A stretch of 64,000 bases of DNA, taken from positions 28,373-92,372 of the forward strand of contig CAXXJS010000049.1 of NCBI GenBank assembly GCA_963662665.2, given 5' to 3'. A model generated the notes under the pieces. That model made no database searches and was not told the origin of the DNA. It saw only the letters and a program-made list of their open reading frames with translations. Numbering within the stretch: the stretch's first letter is position 1; each line of letters begins with the position of its first letter. Below, in pieces: positions 36,793 to 46,939 of this stretch. This DNA comes from Candidatus Latescibacterota bacterium (GTDB lineage: Bacteria > Latescibacterota > UBA2968 > GCA-2709665). The position numbers were made by a program, and so were the translations under genes.

Positions 36793-39180
36793 CTAAACGG
36801 CCGCTCCCAGACGATAGCCCACGCGACGTTGGGTGAAGATATAGGTGGGGTTGGTCGCGTCGTCCGCCAGCTTCTGCCGGAGGTTCTTTACGGCTGTGCG
36901 CAGTTGCCGGATATCGTCAGCCTCCCATTTTTCCCAAACCCTTTGCAGCAGGTACTCATAGGTCACGATTTTACCAACGTTGTCCGAGAGTTCCACGAGC
37001 ATCCGGTACTCGATGTCAGTTAATGGAACCGGCCGTTCGGCAACGGACACCCGGCGTGCGGCGTAGTCAATGACTAAATCGCCCATCACAAAGGGTTCTC
37101 CCGGAACGAACGGGACGGACGCGGTCCGCCCCCGCAGTGCCACCCTGATTCTGGCGGCCAGTTCAGTCGGCGAGAATGGCTTGACGATATAGTCGACGGC
37201 GCCCGCGTCGAGGGCCCGGGTTATTGCTTCTTCATGGCCGTAGGCGGACAGAAAGATGACGGGGACGTCGTTCTTGTCGAAAATAGCGGCCATAACCTCC
37301 ACACCGTCGGTCCCGGGCAATACCAGATCCATCACCACCAGGCTGGGACGATGCTTCTTCATGAGTCCTGGCACTTCGTCGGGGTTTCCGGTTACGACCG
37401 GGAGGTAGCCCGCTTTCGACAGGGCGTCCCAGACGGCTCGTAACGTTTGAGGATCGTCATCCACGACCATAATCGGAACTCGACTATCCCGCGTTGCCGG
37501 TCTCTGTTCGGCAGTCGTCTCGTATCTGATGGAGGTGGTATTCACGGGCTTTTCGGCAATTGGACAGGAAAAGGTTATCCGGGTGCCCATGCCTACGCCG
37601 TCGCTTTCCGCCCAGATTCGGCCGCCATGAGCTTCCACGATGCCCCTGCAGATAGACAGTCCCCAACCGGAACCAGAATCCGTGCCGGCCCGGTCTGCGC
37701 TATCGAGTCGGCCGAACTTCCGAAACAGGTGAGGCAGACGGTCTGCCGACACGCCCATGCCCTGGTCGGCCACGCAGACTGTCATGTAGGCCCCGTCCTG
37801 CACGGCGGTCACACGTATGGGTGAAGCTTCCGGCGAATGACGGGTTGCGTTGGACAAGAGATTGCTCAGAACCTGTACGATGCGTCGTCGGTCCGCCATT
37901 ACCGGAAGAAGGTCGGGTGACAATTCAATGCGCATGTTGTTTCGCTGTCGACCTGTCTGAACGGCTCGTCGGGCTTCGTCGACAAGCTCTGTCACGGACA
38001 CCGGTTCGGGACGGATCTGCAGAGTGCCAGTCTCGATTCGGGCGACGTCCAGAAGATCGTCGATAAGGTCGCTCATCTGATCGGCCTGTTGGTTGATGAT
38101 ATTGAAGAACTGGACCATTTCTGCCGTTCCCCGGCTTGATGCATCCTTGAGTACAGTAGTGGTCGAGCCCTTGACCGCAGCCAGCGGGGTTCGCAGTTCG
38201 TGGCTGACCATGGCGAGGAAGTCTGCACGCAGCCGCTCCAGTTCCTCAAGCGGCGCCATGTCCTGCAGGGTCACGACATACGACTCGACTGAACCGTCGT
38301 TGTCGTGAATGGGTGTGGCATTCAGGAGAGCGGAAACCGCTCGTCCGTCCGGGACGTTGAGGACGACTTCCTCCGCGCGCACCACCTCGCCCAATTTCAT
38401 CGCTTGCGCCACCGCCGGTTCTTCCCAGCAGAATTCGCGTCCATCGGATCGACGGACCGTCATCACCCCCAGGAGATCCTGCAATGTCTGATCCGGCATT
38501 CGCAGTGGCCGCAGGAACCTTCTCGCCTCGCGGTTAATCGACGTAGAGGCGCCCGTTTTTGCGTCGAACACGACAACACCAACCGGGGACGTGTTAATCA
38601 GGGTCTCCAGGCCCGACCTGGCACGCTGTTCGTCCCGGTACCGGCGGGCGTTGGCGATGACCAGCGCCGCCTGGGAGGCGAACATAACCAGAATCTCTTC
38701 GTCTTCCCGGGTGAATGACCGGCCGCCCTCCTTTTCTCCAACGTAGATGTTGGCCACGGATTCGCCCCCGTAGCGGACCGGCGACGCCAGAAAGGTCAGC
38801 GCTTCGCTGACTGGCATCGGGGCACGGAAGTCCGGAAGACCCATAGACCGGATGTGGCTCTGAAAGTCGCGCAACCGCAGCGGATCCTGAATCTCCCTCA
38901 GTAATTCGAAGTATTGCATCGCTCCAGGAATTTCCCACAGCTGCTGCCCCTGTTCGCGAGTCATCCCGGAAGCCAGGAAGTCCTGCACGTTTCTCTCTTC
39001 GTCGAATATCGTAATCACGCCGTATCGTGAGCCGGTCAACGCCCTGGCGCTGTCCAGGACCTCCTGCATTACAGTCTTGAATTCCAGGCTCTCGTTGATG
39101 CGCAGGCATGCCTCGCTCAGTTTCGACAGGCGTTCCCGCAGCATCTCATTCTCTCGTTCCGTCTCCTCTCCAGTTGCCAT
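36793..39180 (-). CDS. soluble hybrid regulator: GAF-PAS-HisKA-HATPase-REC-OmpR winged helix
   Basis: SHELRTPL, NLLSNA, DQGMG, GSGWGLSIC; REC VVDDD...MDLVLPG...KPFS; wHTH LTDIEYRML...LRQKL.DD..NP.YI.T.R.VGYR. Confidence 0.9.
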   Translation of the reverse strand: MATGEETERENEMLRERLSKLSEACLRINESLEFKTVMQEVLDSARALTGSRYGVITIFDEERNVQDFLASGMTREQGQQLWEIPGAMQYFELLREIQDPLRLRDFQSHIRSMGLPDFRAPMPVSEALTFLASPVRYGGESVANIYVGEKEGGRSFTREDEEILVMFASQAALVIANARRYRDEQRARSGLETLINTSPVGVVVFDAKTGASTSINREARRFLRPLRMPDQTLQDLLGVMTVRRSDGREFCWEEPAVAQAMKLGEVVRAEEVVLNVPDGRAVSALLNATPIHDNDGSVESYVVTLQDMAPLEELERLRADFLAMVSHELRTPLAAVKGSTTTVLKDASSRGTAEMVQFFNIINQQADQMSDLIDDLLDVARIETGTLQIRPEPVSVTELVDEARRAVQTGRQRNNMRIELSPDLLPVMADRRRIVQVLSNLLSNATRHSPEASPIRVTAVQDGAYMTVCVADQGMGVSADRLPHLFRKFGRLDSADRAGTDSGSGWGLSICRGIVEAHGGRIWAESDGVGMGTRITFSCPIAEKPVNTTSIRYETTAEQRPATRDSRVPIMVVDDDPQTLRAVWDALSKAGYLPVVTGNPDEVPGLMKKHRPSLVVMDLVLPGTDGVEVMAAIFDKNDVPVIFLSAYGHEEAITRALDAGAVDYIVKPFSPTELAARIRVALRGRTASVPFVPGEPFVMGDLVIDYAARRVSVAERPVPLTDIEYRMLVELSDNVGKIVTYEYLLQRVWEKWEADDIRQLRTAVKNLRQKLADDATNPTYIFTQRRVGYRLGAAV

Positions 39181-39307
39181 TCTTCCTCCTGATTGATCAA
39201 CAGCCTCCACGAGAATTACGATTCTCATGTTACCGGACGGAAAACGCGCCGGGCGACGATCGTAAAAACCTGGCATTTTTGGAAAAAATCACGAAAAAAT
39301 CATATAA

Positions 39308-41005
39308 TCTGAATAATTCACAAAAAAGGTAGTTTCCTTACCCAAGTCATTGTATTATATTATGGTTACGCGAATAACCTGATAACAATGAACCGGGAGG
39401 AAACTACCGTGGCAGGTCAAGATAAACAACAAAGGATGTCTTTCGCAAGTGTTTCTGGCAAACGGGTAGAAGCCGCCTTCGACGGGGGCATGCTGACCAG
39501 CGACACCGGGGCGATGCTGCTTCGAGAGGTGGAATCCAAAATCGGCATTTTGTGTCGGATCGTCGAGGCGATAACAGATCGTCGGCATCCAAGTTACGTG
39601 GATCACCCGTCGGTGGACCTGCTCCGTCAGCGTGTCTTTCAGATGGCGTGTGGGTATGAAGATGCGAACGACTGCAATACGTTGCGTAGCGACCCCGGCT
39701 TCAAGGCGGCCTGCGATCGGTTGCCGGTCACCGGTGCCAACCTGGCCAGTCAACCCACGATGAGTCGGTTCGAGAACCGGATCACCAGAGGTGATTTATA
39801 TCGGATCGCGACGGCCTTTGCCGATGCGTTTATCGCCTCGTATAAGCACCCCCCCGAAGCCATCCTGTTGGATATCGATGACACGGAAGACAAGGTGTAT
39901 GGATCCCAGCAGTTGTCGTTATTCAATGCGTATTTCAAGGGCTATTGCTACCAACCCCTGCATATCTATGAAGGGCAAACCGGCAAGTTGATCACGACGG
40001 TCTTGCGTCCGGGCCGCCGACCCACGGGCAAAGAGATCGTGTCGATTCTCAAACGGGTGATCGCCTACCTGCGTCACGCATGGCCCGATGTCAAGATCCT
40101 GTTGCGTGGCGATTCACACTTTTCGTGTCCGGAAGTACACACGATGTGTGACGAAAACGATGTGTTTTTTATCCTCGGACAAAGCGGAAACGCGGTGCTG
40201 CTGCGGTTGGCACAGCCCTTGATGGACCAGGCCAAAGCGCTGTATGCCGATGGGGGAAAACCTGTGCGCCTGTATCGCTGTTGGGACTATCAGGCCGGCA
40301 GCTGGTCTTCCCCACGCCGCATCATCTGCAAGGCAGAAGTCAACCCGCAAGGTCACAATGTCCGATTCGTGGTCACCAACCTGAACGGCGCACAACCGTC
40401 ATTCATCTACAAAACCGCTTATTGCTCACGCGGCAGGATGGAAAACTTCATCAAGAATCACAAGACCTTTCTGCATTCCGATCGCACCTCTTGCCACACC
40501 TTCCATGCCAATCACTTCCGGCTCTTTCTCCACAGCGCCGCCTATGTGTTGGTACACGCCCTGGCCCATATCGGGTTGCGCGGCACCACGTGGACGAACG
40601 CCCAGTTTAATACGCTGCAAAACCGCATCTTGAAAGTCGCCGGGCGCGTTTGTGAACTGAAAACCAAAATCACGTTCCATCTGCCAACGGCGTTTCCACT
40701 CAAACACCTCTATCGAACCATGCTCTACAATCTGGGAACCGCCATGCCATAACGTTTCCATCTGGACCAGGCCGCCTTCACGTCTTGATTGCTACCATCA
40801 AAAGCCATGGAGAAGTCTGTGCTCTTGGCAGTCACAGCAGGGTCATCCTGACGCCTCCACCCGACCCTGCTACAAAAACACACCCTGAAATCGCTTGAAA
40901 ACGCCAGTTCCGCACAGCCAGCTTTCTCCTGCGTTCTTAGACTCACTCGAAAGCTGCTTCTGCTGCACGAATCTGCAATCCCTGACGATTCATGAATAGG
41001 TCAGG
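39308..41005 (+). mobile_element. IS1380-family insertion sequence (1698 bp)
   Basis: Imperfect TIRs TCTGAATAATTCA and TGAATAGGTCAGG, flanked by the 4-bp direct repeat ATAA (39304-39307, 41006-41009); encloses a transposase. Confidence 0.8.
39388..40752 (+). CDS. IS1380 family transposase
   Basis: FDGGMLTSDTG, GYEDAND...LRSDP, ASQPTMSRFEN, LDIDDT, LRGDSHF, RFVVTN, YCSRGRMENFIK, DRTSCH.F.AN.FRL. Confidence 0.95.
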   Translation: MNREETTVAGQDKQQRMSFASVSGKRVEAAFDGGMLTSDTGAMLLREVESKIGILCRIVEAITDRRHPSYVDHPSVDLLRQRVFQMACGYEDANDCNTLRSDPGFKAACDRLPVTGANLASQPTMSRFENRITRGDLYRIATAFADAFIASYKHPPEAILLDIDDTEDKVYGSQQLSLFNAYFKGYCYQPLHIYEGQTGKLITTVLRPGRRPTGKEIVSILKRVIAYLRHAWPDVKILLRGDSHFSCPEVHTMCDENDVFFILGQSGNAVLLRLAQPLMDQAKALYADGGKPVRLYRCWDYQAGSWSSPRRIICKAEVNPQGHNVRFVVTNLNGAQPSFIYKTAYCSRGRMENFIKNHKTFLHSDRTSCHTFHANHFRLFLHSAAYVLVHALAHIGLRGTTWTNAQFNTLQNRILKVAGRVCELKTKITFHLPTAFPLKHLYRTMLYNLGTAMP

Positions 41006-41104
41006 ATAAATACGACTTTCGATCATTCTATCCTCACAATAAATGCCTATATTACGAAAGTTTAATTCATTCTCTCGTACAGGTCAAGTCCTTGTCCGCG
41101 GCAT

Positions 41105-42271
41105 GTGTTGATCCTTCACAATTCGCATCCGACCTTCCGCGAGAAACGGACCGTCTACCGGGGAATGCCACCTGAAAACCATACCGTTGAGGTGAGCGCC
41201 ATCGATCGCGACCTGAATTGCTCGGTACCGGCGGATGCGCGGCTGTCCGTTCAGACGTCGAAGGCCTTTGTTCACGACGGTACAGATGGCAAGGGCAGGG
41301 TGCTGATCGGAAAGAGCAATGCCCTTAAGGCGTTTCAATACAGACTCGCGGAGGTGGCAACTACAGACCTGACCGTGTTGATATTTGGCGAGACGGGTGT
41401 GGGTAAGGGACTGGCGGCGCGCGTGTTGCACGAGACCAGTCGTCACGGCGACGGGCCGTTTGTACACGTGAACTGCGGCGCGGTGTCCGAATCGCTGATC
41501 AACAGCGAGTTGTTCGGCCATGAGAGGGGAGCTTTTACCAGCGCGGTTTCCCGCCGTTTGGGCAAGGTGGAACTGGCCGGGGGAGGCACACTCTTCCTGG
41601 ATGAGATCGGCGATATGTCGTTCCGGACGCAGACCAGCCTGTTGCAATTTCTGGATGATGGCACGTACGAACGCGTCGGCGGCAGCGAAACGCTGCGAGC
41701 CCGAACCCGCATTGTTGCAGCCACCAACTGCAACCTGAAGGAAATGGTCGAAGCAGGCGATTTTCGGGAGGATCTCTACTATCGTTTCCAGGTCTTTCCG
41801 CTCTATCTTCGGCCCCTGCGCGAGCGCAAGGAAGATATCCCCGAACTTGCCGAGTATTTCAGGCATCGCGTCGCAATTCGCCAGGGCAAGCAAATTGCGC
41901 CTCTGTCGACGGTCATCGTGGAGACGCTGCAAACTTACGATTGGCCTGGCAACGTCCGGGAACTGGAACATTTAATCCAACGGACCGTTACCATCTGCCG
42001 TGGCTCGCGAATTTCGTTGACCGATCTGGAACTGGGGTCCTATCGATCTCGTATGGACGGCAAAGCTCAGGATCTGGTCCGGGCGCCCCCGGCCGCCTCT
42101 CGGAATCGCGATATTGCGCCGTTGGCGGAAGCCCAGCGGCGCCATATCATCAAAGTACTCGAGACCACCAACTGGCGGATTTCCGGGGCACGAGGCGCTG
42201 CTGCTCTGCTCGGATTGCCGCCTTCATCTCTGTATGGCAAGATGAGAAAACTGGATATCAGACGTCCTTGA
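41105..42271 (+). CDS. sigma54-dependent enhancer-binding protein (Fis HTH), copy 1, with remnant N-terminus
   Basis: GETGVGKG, GHERGAFTSA, LFLDEIGD, FREDLYYR, WPGNVREL, GAAALLGL; the N-terminus resembles a Y_Y_Y linker fragment (VEVSAIDRDLN); start uncertain. Confidence 0.85.
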   Translation: MLILHNSHPTFREKRTVYRGMPPENHTVEVSAIDRDLNCSVPADARLSVQTSKAFVHDGTDGKGRVLIGKSNALKAFQYRLAEVATTDLTVLIFGETGVGKGLAARVLHETSRHGDGPFVHVNCGAVSESLINSELFGHERGAFTSAVSRRLGKVELAGGGTLFLDEIGDMSFRTQTSLLQFLDDGTYERVGGSETLRARTRIVAATNCNLKEMVEAGDFREDLYYRFQVFPLYLRPLRERKEDIPELAEYFRHRVAIRQGKQIAPLSTVIVETLQTYDWPGNVRELEHLIQRTVTICRGSRISLTDLELGSYRSRMDGKAQDLVRAPPAASRNRDIAPLAEAQRRHIIKVLETTNWRISGARGAAALLGLPPSSLYGKMRKLDIRRP

Positions 42272-42296
42272 GAAATGAACAGGATTGCCTGAGCGT

Positions 42297-42329
42297 GGCC
42301 ATATACGGTTTTTTTGACTGTATATGGCC
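42297..42329. promoter_or_regulatory. palindromic putative enhancer (UAS)
   Basis: GGCCATATAC-N13-GTATATGGCC perfect inverted repeat; a degenerate copy lies at about 43636-43668. Confidence 0.5.
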
Positions 42330-42503
42330 GGTTTTTTTGTAAGCCCATTATTATTAATAATATAAGAGGTATCTCTGATGTACGGATGACCATATCCGGT
42401 TATTATGACCTTGAACCGATCCCCGCGGTGTTCTATTTGATGTTCAATTTATATATAATAAAAATAATAAGTTAGGGATGATTCTGTGTCAACGGTTACG
42501 CGC

Positions 42504-42518
42504 TGGCATTGAAATTGA
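42504..42518 (+). promoter_or_regulatory. degenerate sigma54 -24/-12 site
   Basis: TGGCATTGAAATTGA (GG-N10-GA) after an AT-rich tract, upstream of bEBP copy 2. Confidence 0.4.
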
Positions 42519-42644
42519 CTATAAATCGTCATTCCGTACAAGCTGACACTTGCATAGCGCGGGAGCAGTAATCGGCGTTACGTCCGTTTCCCGTGTATTC
42601 GAAGAGGCCTGGCCACACGGCCGGCATCAGTTGACGGAGGCAAG

Positions 42645-43610
42645 GTGCTGATCGGTCAGAGCGACGTCCTTAGTGAATTTAAGGCGGGACTGGCGGAGGT
42701 GGCCTCCACCGATCTTACGGTGCTGATACTTGGCGAAACGGGTGTGGGGAAGGGGCTGGCGGCGCGGACATTGCACGCGAAAAGTCGCCAGAGCGAAGGG
42801 CCCTTCGTACAGGTCAACTGCGGAGCTGTACTCGAACCGCTGATCAACAGTGAGTTTTTCGGGCATGAGAGGGGCGCTTTCACCAGCGCGGTTTCCCGCC
42901 GTCTGGGCAAGGTGGAACTGGCCGAAGGCGGCACACTCTTTCTGGACGAGATCGGCGATATGACACGACGGACGCAGACCAGCCTGTTGCAATTGCTGGA
43001 CGAGGGCACGTTTGAACGCGTTGGCGGCAGCGAGACGCTGAAAGCTCGAACGCGCATGGTGGCCGCCACCAATCGCAACCTGGAGGACATGGTCGAAGCG
43101 GGTGATTTTCGGGAGGATCTCTATTATCGCTTCCAGGTATTCCCGCTCTATCTGCCGCCCCTTCGCGCGCGCAAGGGAGATATTCCCGAACTTGCCAGGC
43201 ATTTCAGTCAGCGCGTCGGATCCGAATTGCGTAAGCAAATCGATCCGTTGTCGACGGAGATCATAGAGGTGCTTCAAGCCTACGATTGGCCCGGCAACGT
43301 TCGGGAACTGGAGAATTCGATACAGCGGGCAGTCGCCGTGTGCCAGGGTTCTCGAATTAAACCGGAGGATCTCGGGTCGTATCAATCGCGCATCAGAGGC
43401 GACGCCCTCGAAATGGAGTGGACGCCCCTGTTTCCGTCTCAGGGTGGCGAAGTCGTGCCACTGGAAGAATTCGAACGCCGCTATATCCTCAGAGTGCTTG
43501 AGATCACCAACTGGCGGATAGCAGGCGCCAAAGGCGCAGCGGTTCTGTTAGGATTGCCGCCGTCGTCGCTGTACGGGAAAATGAGAAAGCTGAATATCCA
43601 ACGTCCGTGA
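42645..43610 (+). CDS. sigma54-dependent enhancer-binding protein, copy 2, no sensory domain
   Basis: GGAGG RBS then GTG directly at the AAA+ domain; same motifs as copy 1 (GAFTSA). Confidence 0.88.
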   Translation: MLIGQSDVLSEFKAGLAEVASTDLTVLILGETGVGKGLAARTLHAKSRQSEGPFVQVNCGAVLEPLINSEFFGHERGAFTSAVSRRLGKVELAEGGTLFLDEIGDMTRRTQTSLLQLLDEGTFERVGGSETLKARTRMVAATNRNLEDMVEAGDFREDLYYRFQVFPLYLPPLRARKGDIPELARHFSQRVGSELRKQIDPLSTEIIEVLQAYDWPGNVRELENSIQRAVAVCQGSRIKPEDLGSYQSRIRGDALEMEWTPLFPSQGGEVVPLEEFERRYILRVLEITNWRIAGAKGAAVLLGLPPSSLYGKMRKLNIQRP

Positions 43611-43842
43611 ATCTGAATTGAGCCAACCTGAAAATGGCCGTATATGGTTTTTTATTCATATATGACTATTTTTTCTGTTAACCCTTTTAATATTATATAC
43701 TTAAGACAAATTTTCGGTTTCATATCAACCGGATTTGGTCAAAAAGGAGCGTCTATCCGGGCAGCGTGTTTTCCATCTGAGTATTTAATATATAAAATAA
43801 AAACAATAATTTATGCATAATCCAGAGACGACGATTTCCCAC

Positions 43843-43857
43843 TGGCACTGAATTCGC
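43843..43857 (+). promoter_or_regulatory. sigma54 -24/-12 promoter
   Basis: TGGCACTGAATTCGC (GG-N10-GC) after an AT-rich tract, upstream of the surface-protein genes. Confidence 0.6.
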
Positions 43858-44108
43858 ACTGAAATTGATGGTTCAGTACTGGTTGGTGCAACCAACCCTT
43901 CCTGCAAATCGTCGCCCATGCGATCCGCCGGAATGTCGAACTCCGAAGCCTGGCGGGCGGAAACACGACCAACCCGAAGGTCATCATGTATGTATTCTCC
44001 CGAATACCGTGGGTTTTCTCGGGCCTGGAATAGAGTCAGCGATTCATCCGGACCGGAGAGCGTATCGGTGGAATCAGAGACTCCGGAAAAAAACGAAAGG
44101 CCTGACGA

Positions 44109-46913
44109 ATGAAGATTGAATACCTGCGACTGCCGGTTCGAATCGCCACTGCTTCCATCTTAATCGGATTGTATGGCCTCCAAAGTCCGCCCGAGGCGGC
44201 CGCCCAACGTCCGTCCATCACGGAAGTCACCATGGGATCCACCCCCGCGCCGGAGCCGTTTGTGACTGGCCGGTATCCGGGAGATCCCGACGGCAAGACC
44301 TATGGTCTGGGCGAGACCATCAAGCTCCGGGTCGCGGTCGACGCCCCCGTCCGGGTCACCGGCGATGTCACCATGGACTTCTGGATCGGTGACTCCTTGA
44401 GAGTCGCCGAGTACCGGAGCGGGAACGGCTCGAGCATTCTGATCTTCGCCTACGAGGTGGGGCCGGATGACGACGACGACGACGGGATCAGCATACAGCG
44501 GGGCTACATCGACGATGAGGACAACCAGCACGGCCTGGGGGGCAGCGGGAAGATCAAGGGGTGGTTCAATGGACTCGAGGTGAAGCCCGCCTACAGCGGC
44601 AGCACCGACAAGCCGAACCACAAGGTGGACGGCAGCCTGGCTCCCTGGGTCACCGACCTGGCCATCGCCTCCACGCCGGCCTCCGGCAGCACCTACCGGT
44701 ACGGAGAGGACGTCGAGATCGACGTGACCTTCTCCGCTCCCGTGCGGGTCGGCAGCGAGAATCCACCCTGGCTGCCCGTCATTGTGGATGAGGTCGACTC
44801 GGACCGGGAGAGCGCCTCCGTACAGAGGACGGCCTTTTACAGCAGCGGAAGCGGCACCGCGAGGCTGCGATTCGCCTTGCGCGTGAAATCCCACTTCAAG
44901 GACGACGACGGGTTCGAGATCTACACAAGCACTCTCGGTGATACCACCGGCACCTCGGCGACGAACAGAGTCATCTGGGCCAAGGACCACGACGTGCGGG
45001 TGTACCTGCGGCACAAGAGGCTCGACCCGGACTCCGACCACAAGCTGAACGGGCAGCCGTACGTAAAACAGGTTGCCATCACCTCGAGGCCGGAGCGGGA
45101 CGACACCTACCGGCGCGCGGAGGTCATCCAGGTCACGGTCACCTTCGACCAGAAGATCCGGAAGAGTGGACAAGTGACCAAGGGCCTGTTGTTCAACAGC
45201 AACGGGGCCACCACGGTGCAGGCCGGATTCGCCTCCGGCGACGGCGCCAGGGCCCTGGTCTTCGAATACACCGTCGAGAGCGGGGACGGGGACACGGACG
45301 GCCTCACCGTCCTGGGCAGCGACAACGGCGGATGGGGCGGCGACGGGACCCTCCGGTCCGTGCCCGATCCAAACCCGTGGGAGGTGGTGGACGCCGACCG
45401 GAGCCACGGCGAGACGGCGAACGCCGGCCGGCACAAGGTGGACGGGTCCCTGGACCCCCTCGCCGCCACCATCTCGTCGATGGAGATCGTCTCCGATCCG
45501 GGAGAAGACGCCACCTATGTCGCCGGCGACTGGATCGGCGTGAAGGCGACCTTCGACAAGGATGTCGAGGTCACCGGGACTCCGCAGCTCGAGATTCGAG
45601 TGGGAACGCAGACGAGGACCGCCCGGTTCGGGCAAGGCTCGTTCCCGGGGAGCGTCCGACCCGGCAACCGCACGGCCGGCCCCGAGGTGTTCTTCGGCTA
45701 TCGGGTGGAGGTGGACGACATCGACACGGACGGGATCGCCGTCCGGGCGAACAGAATGACCCTCGACGGCGGCACCATCGTGGGCCCGGGCGACACCGCG
45801 GCGGACCTGAACCACGATCGGCTGACCGGGGATCCCGGCCACAAGGTGGATGCCGTGGCCCCCACGGTCTCGGCCCTCACCCTCAGCTCGGATGCGGGAG
45901 ACGACTCCTGGTACGGGGTCGGCGACACCATCGAGGTGACGGTGACCTTCAGTGAGGACGTGACCGTCACCGGCTCACCGCAACTGGAGCTGATGGTGGG
46001 CAACAAGGCCAGGGCGGCCGCCCATGATACCACCGAAGGGGCAGCAGCGATCTTTGCCTACGTGGTGCAGGAGGGGGACCGGGACGGCAACGGCATCGCC
46101 ATCGACGCCGACACCCTCGGCCTGCCCGCCGACGGCACCATCGAGGACCGGGCCGGCAACGCCGCCGACCTGTCCCACGAGGCCGCCGCCGCCGACGGCG
46201 GCCACAGAGTGGATGGATCGTACCCGAGGTTCAAGGAGGCGGTGGCCTTCTCGGGGGGATATGTCAACGTCCACTTCAGCGAGAACCTCACCGTGCCGGC
46301 GATTCTGAACACGATAAGCAGCTTCGTGAACGTGGAGCTCGGTCAGTTCTTCCTGGCCGTCATGCGAATCAAGGCGGATGGGGAAGTGGTGAGACCCACC
46401 TCCGCCCGCCTGGACGGGGCGAAGTTGAGGCTGAACCTCCCGGTGACCGCCGGCCAGTCGCTCCGGGTAGACTACGACAACATCTTCGCCCGCGATGCGG
46501 TGGGACTCTTCATCGACAGGGCCGGCAACCCGCTGGCCAACTTCGGCAGCAGCCATGTGTTGAATCAGTCAACGGTTGCCGCCACGGAGTCAGACGTGGG
46601 TGAGCTGAAGTTGAGTCTCACGGAGCTCAGGGTCGACGAAGGGGTATCCGAGACCTATACCGTGGCCCTGGAAGCCCAGCCCTCCGACAGCGTGGCCGTT
46701 GCCATTTCGAGCTCGACGACCAAGCTGTCGGTCAGCCCCGACAGCCTTTCGTTCACCACCGATGACTGGAACACGGCGCAGACGGTGACGCTCACCGCCG
46801 GCCAGGACGATGACGAGTACAACTACTGGGTCAGCGTGACCCACACGGGCACCGGCGGGGGCTCCGACGCGTCGAGCAAGGACCTGTACGTGGTCATCGA
46901 CGACGACGATTGA
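44109..46913 (+). CDS. large secreted repeat protein (Ig-like Ca-binding repeats, SwmB-like and Calx-beta-like C-terminus)
   Basis: Signal-like N-terminus; five repeats of TY..G..I.V.VTF...F.Y.V...DxDxDG...HKVDG; C-terminal EG...TYTVAL...LSFT.DDW.T.QTVT. Confidence 0.8.
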   Translation: MKIEYLRLPVRIATASILIGLYGLQSPPEAAAQRPSITEVTMGSTPAPEPFVTGRYPGDPDGKTYGLGETIKLRVAVDAPVRVTGDVTMDFWIGDSLRVAEYRSGNGSSILIFAYEVGPDDDDDDGISIQRGYIDDEDNQHGLGGSGKIKGWFNGLEVKPAYSGSTDKPNHKVDGSLAPWVTDLAIASTPASGSTYRYGEDVEIDVTFSAPVRVGSENPPWLPVIVDEVDSDRESASVQRTAFYSSGSGTARLRFALRVKSHFKDDDGFEIYTSTLGDTTGTSATNRVIWAKDHDVRVYLRHKRLDPDSDHKLNGQPYVKQVAITSRPERDDTYRRAEVIQVTVTFDQKIRKSGQVTKGLLFNSNGATTVQAGFASGDGARALVFEYTVESGDGDTDGLTVLGSDNGGWGGDGTLRSVPDPNPWEVVDADRSHGETANAGRHKVDGSLDPLAATISSMEIVSDPGEDATYVAGDWIGVKATFDKDVEVTGTPQLEIRVGTQTRTARFGQGSFPGSVRPGNRTAGPEVFFGYRVEVDDIDTDGIAVRANRMTLDGGTIVGPGDTAADLNHDRLTGDPGHKVDAVAPTVSALTLSSDAGDDSWYGVGDTIEVTVTFSEDVTVTGSPQLELMVGNKARAAAHDTTEGAAAIFAYVVQEGDRDGNGIAIDADTLGLPADGTIEDRAGNAADLSHEAAAADGGHRVDGSYPRFKEAVAFSGGYVNVHFSENLTVPAILNTISSFVNVELGQFFLAVMRIKADGEVVRPTSARLDGAKLRLNLPVTAGQSLRVDYDNIFARDAVGLFIDRAGNPLANFGSSHVLNQSTVAATESDVGELKLSLTELRVDEGVSETYTVALEAQPSDSVAVAISSSTTKLSVSPDSLSFTTDDWNTAQTVTLTAGQDDDEYNYWVSVTHTGTGGGSDASSKDLYVVIDDDD

Positions 46914-46939
46914 ACGCCAATCAAACCTGCAAGGAGAGA

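Noticed and set aside
39336-39350. Alternative IS1380 left end CCTTACCCAAGTCAT
   Set aside because: It gives no target duplication; the end at 39308 gives ATAA/ATAA.
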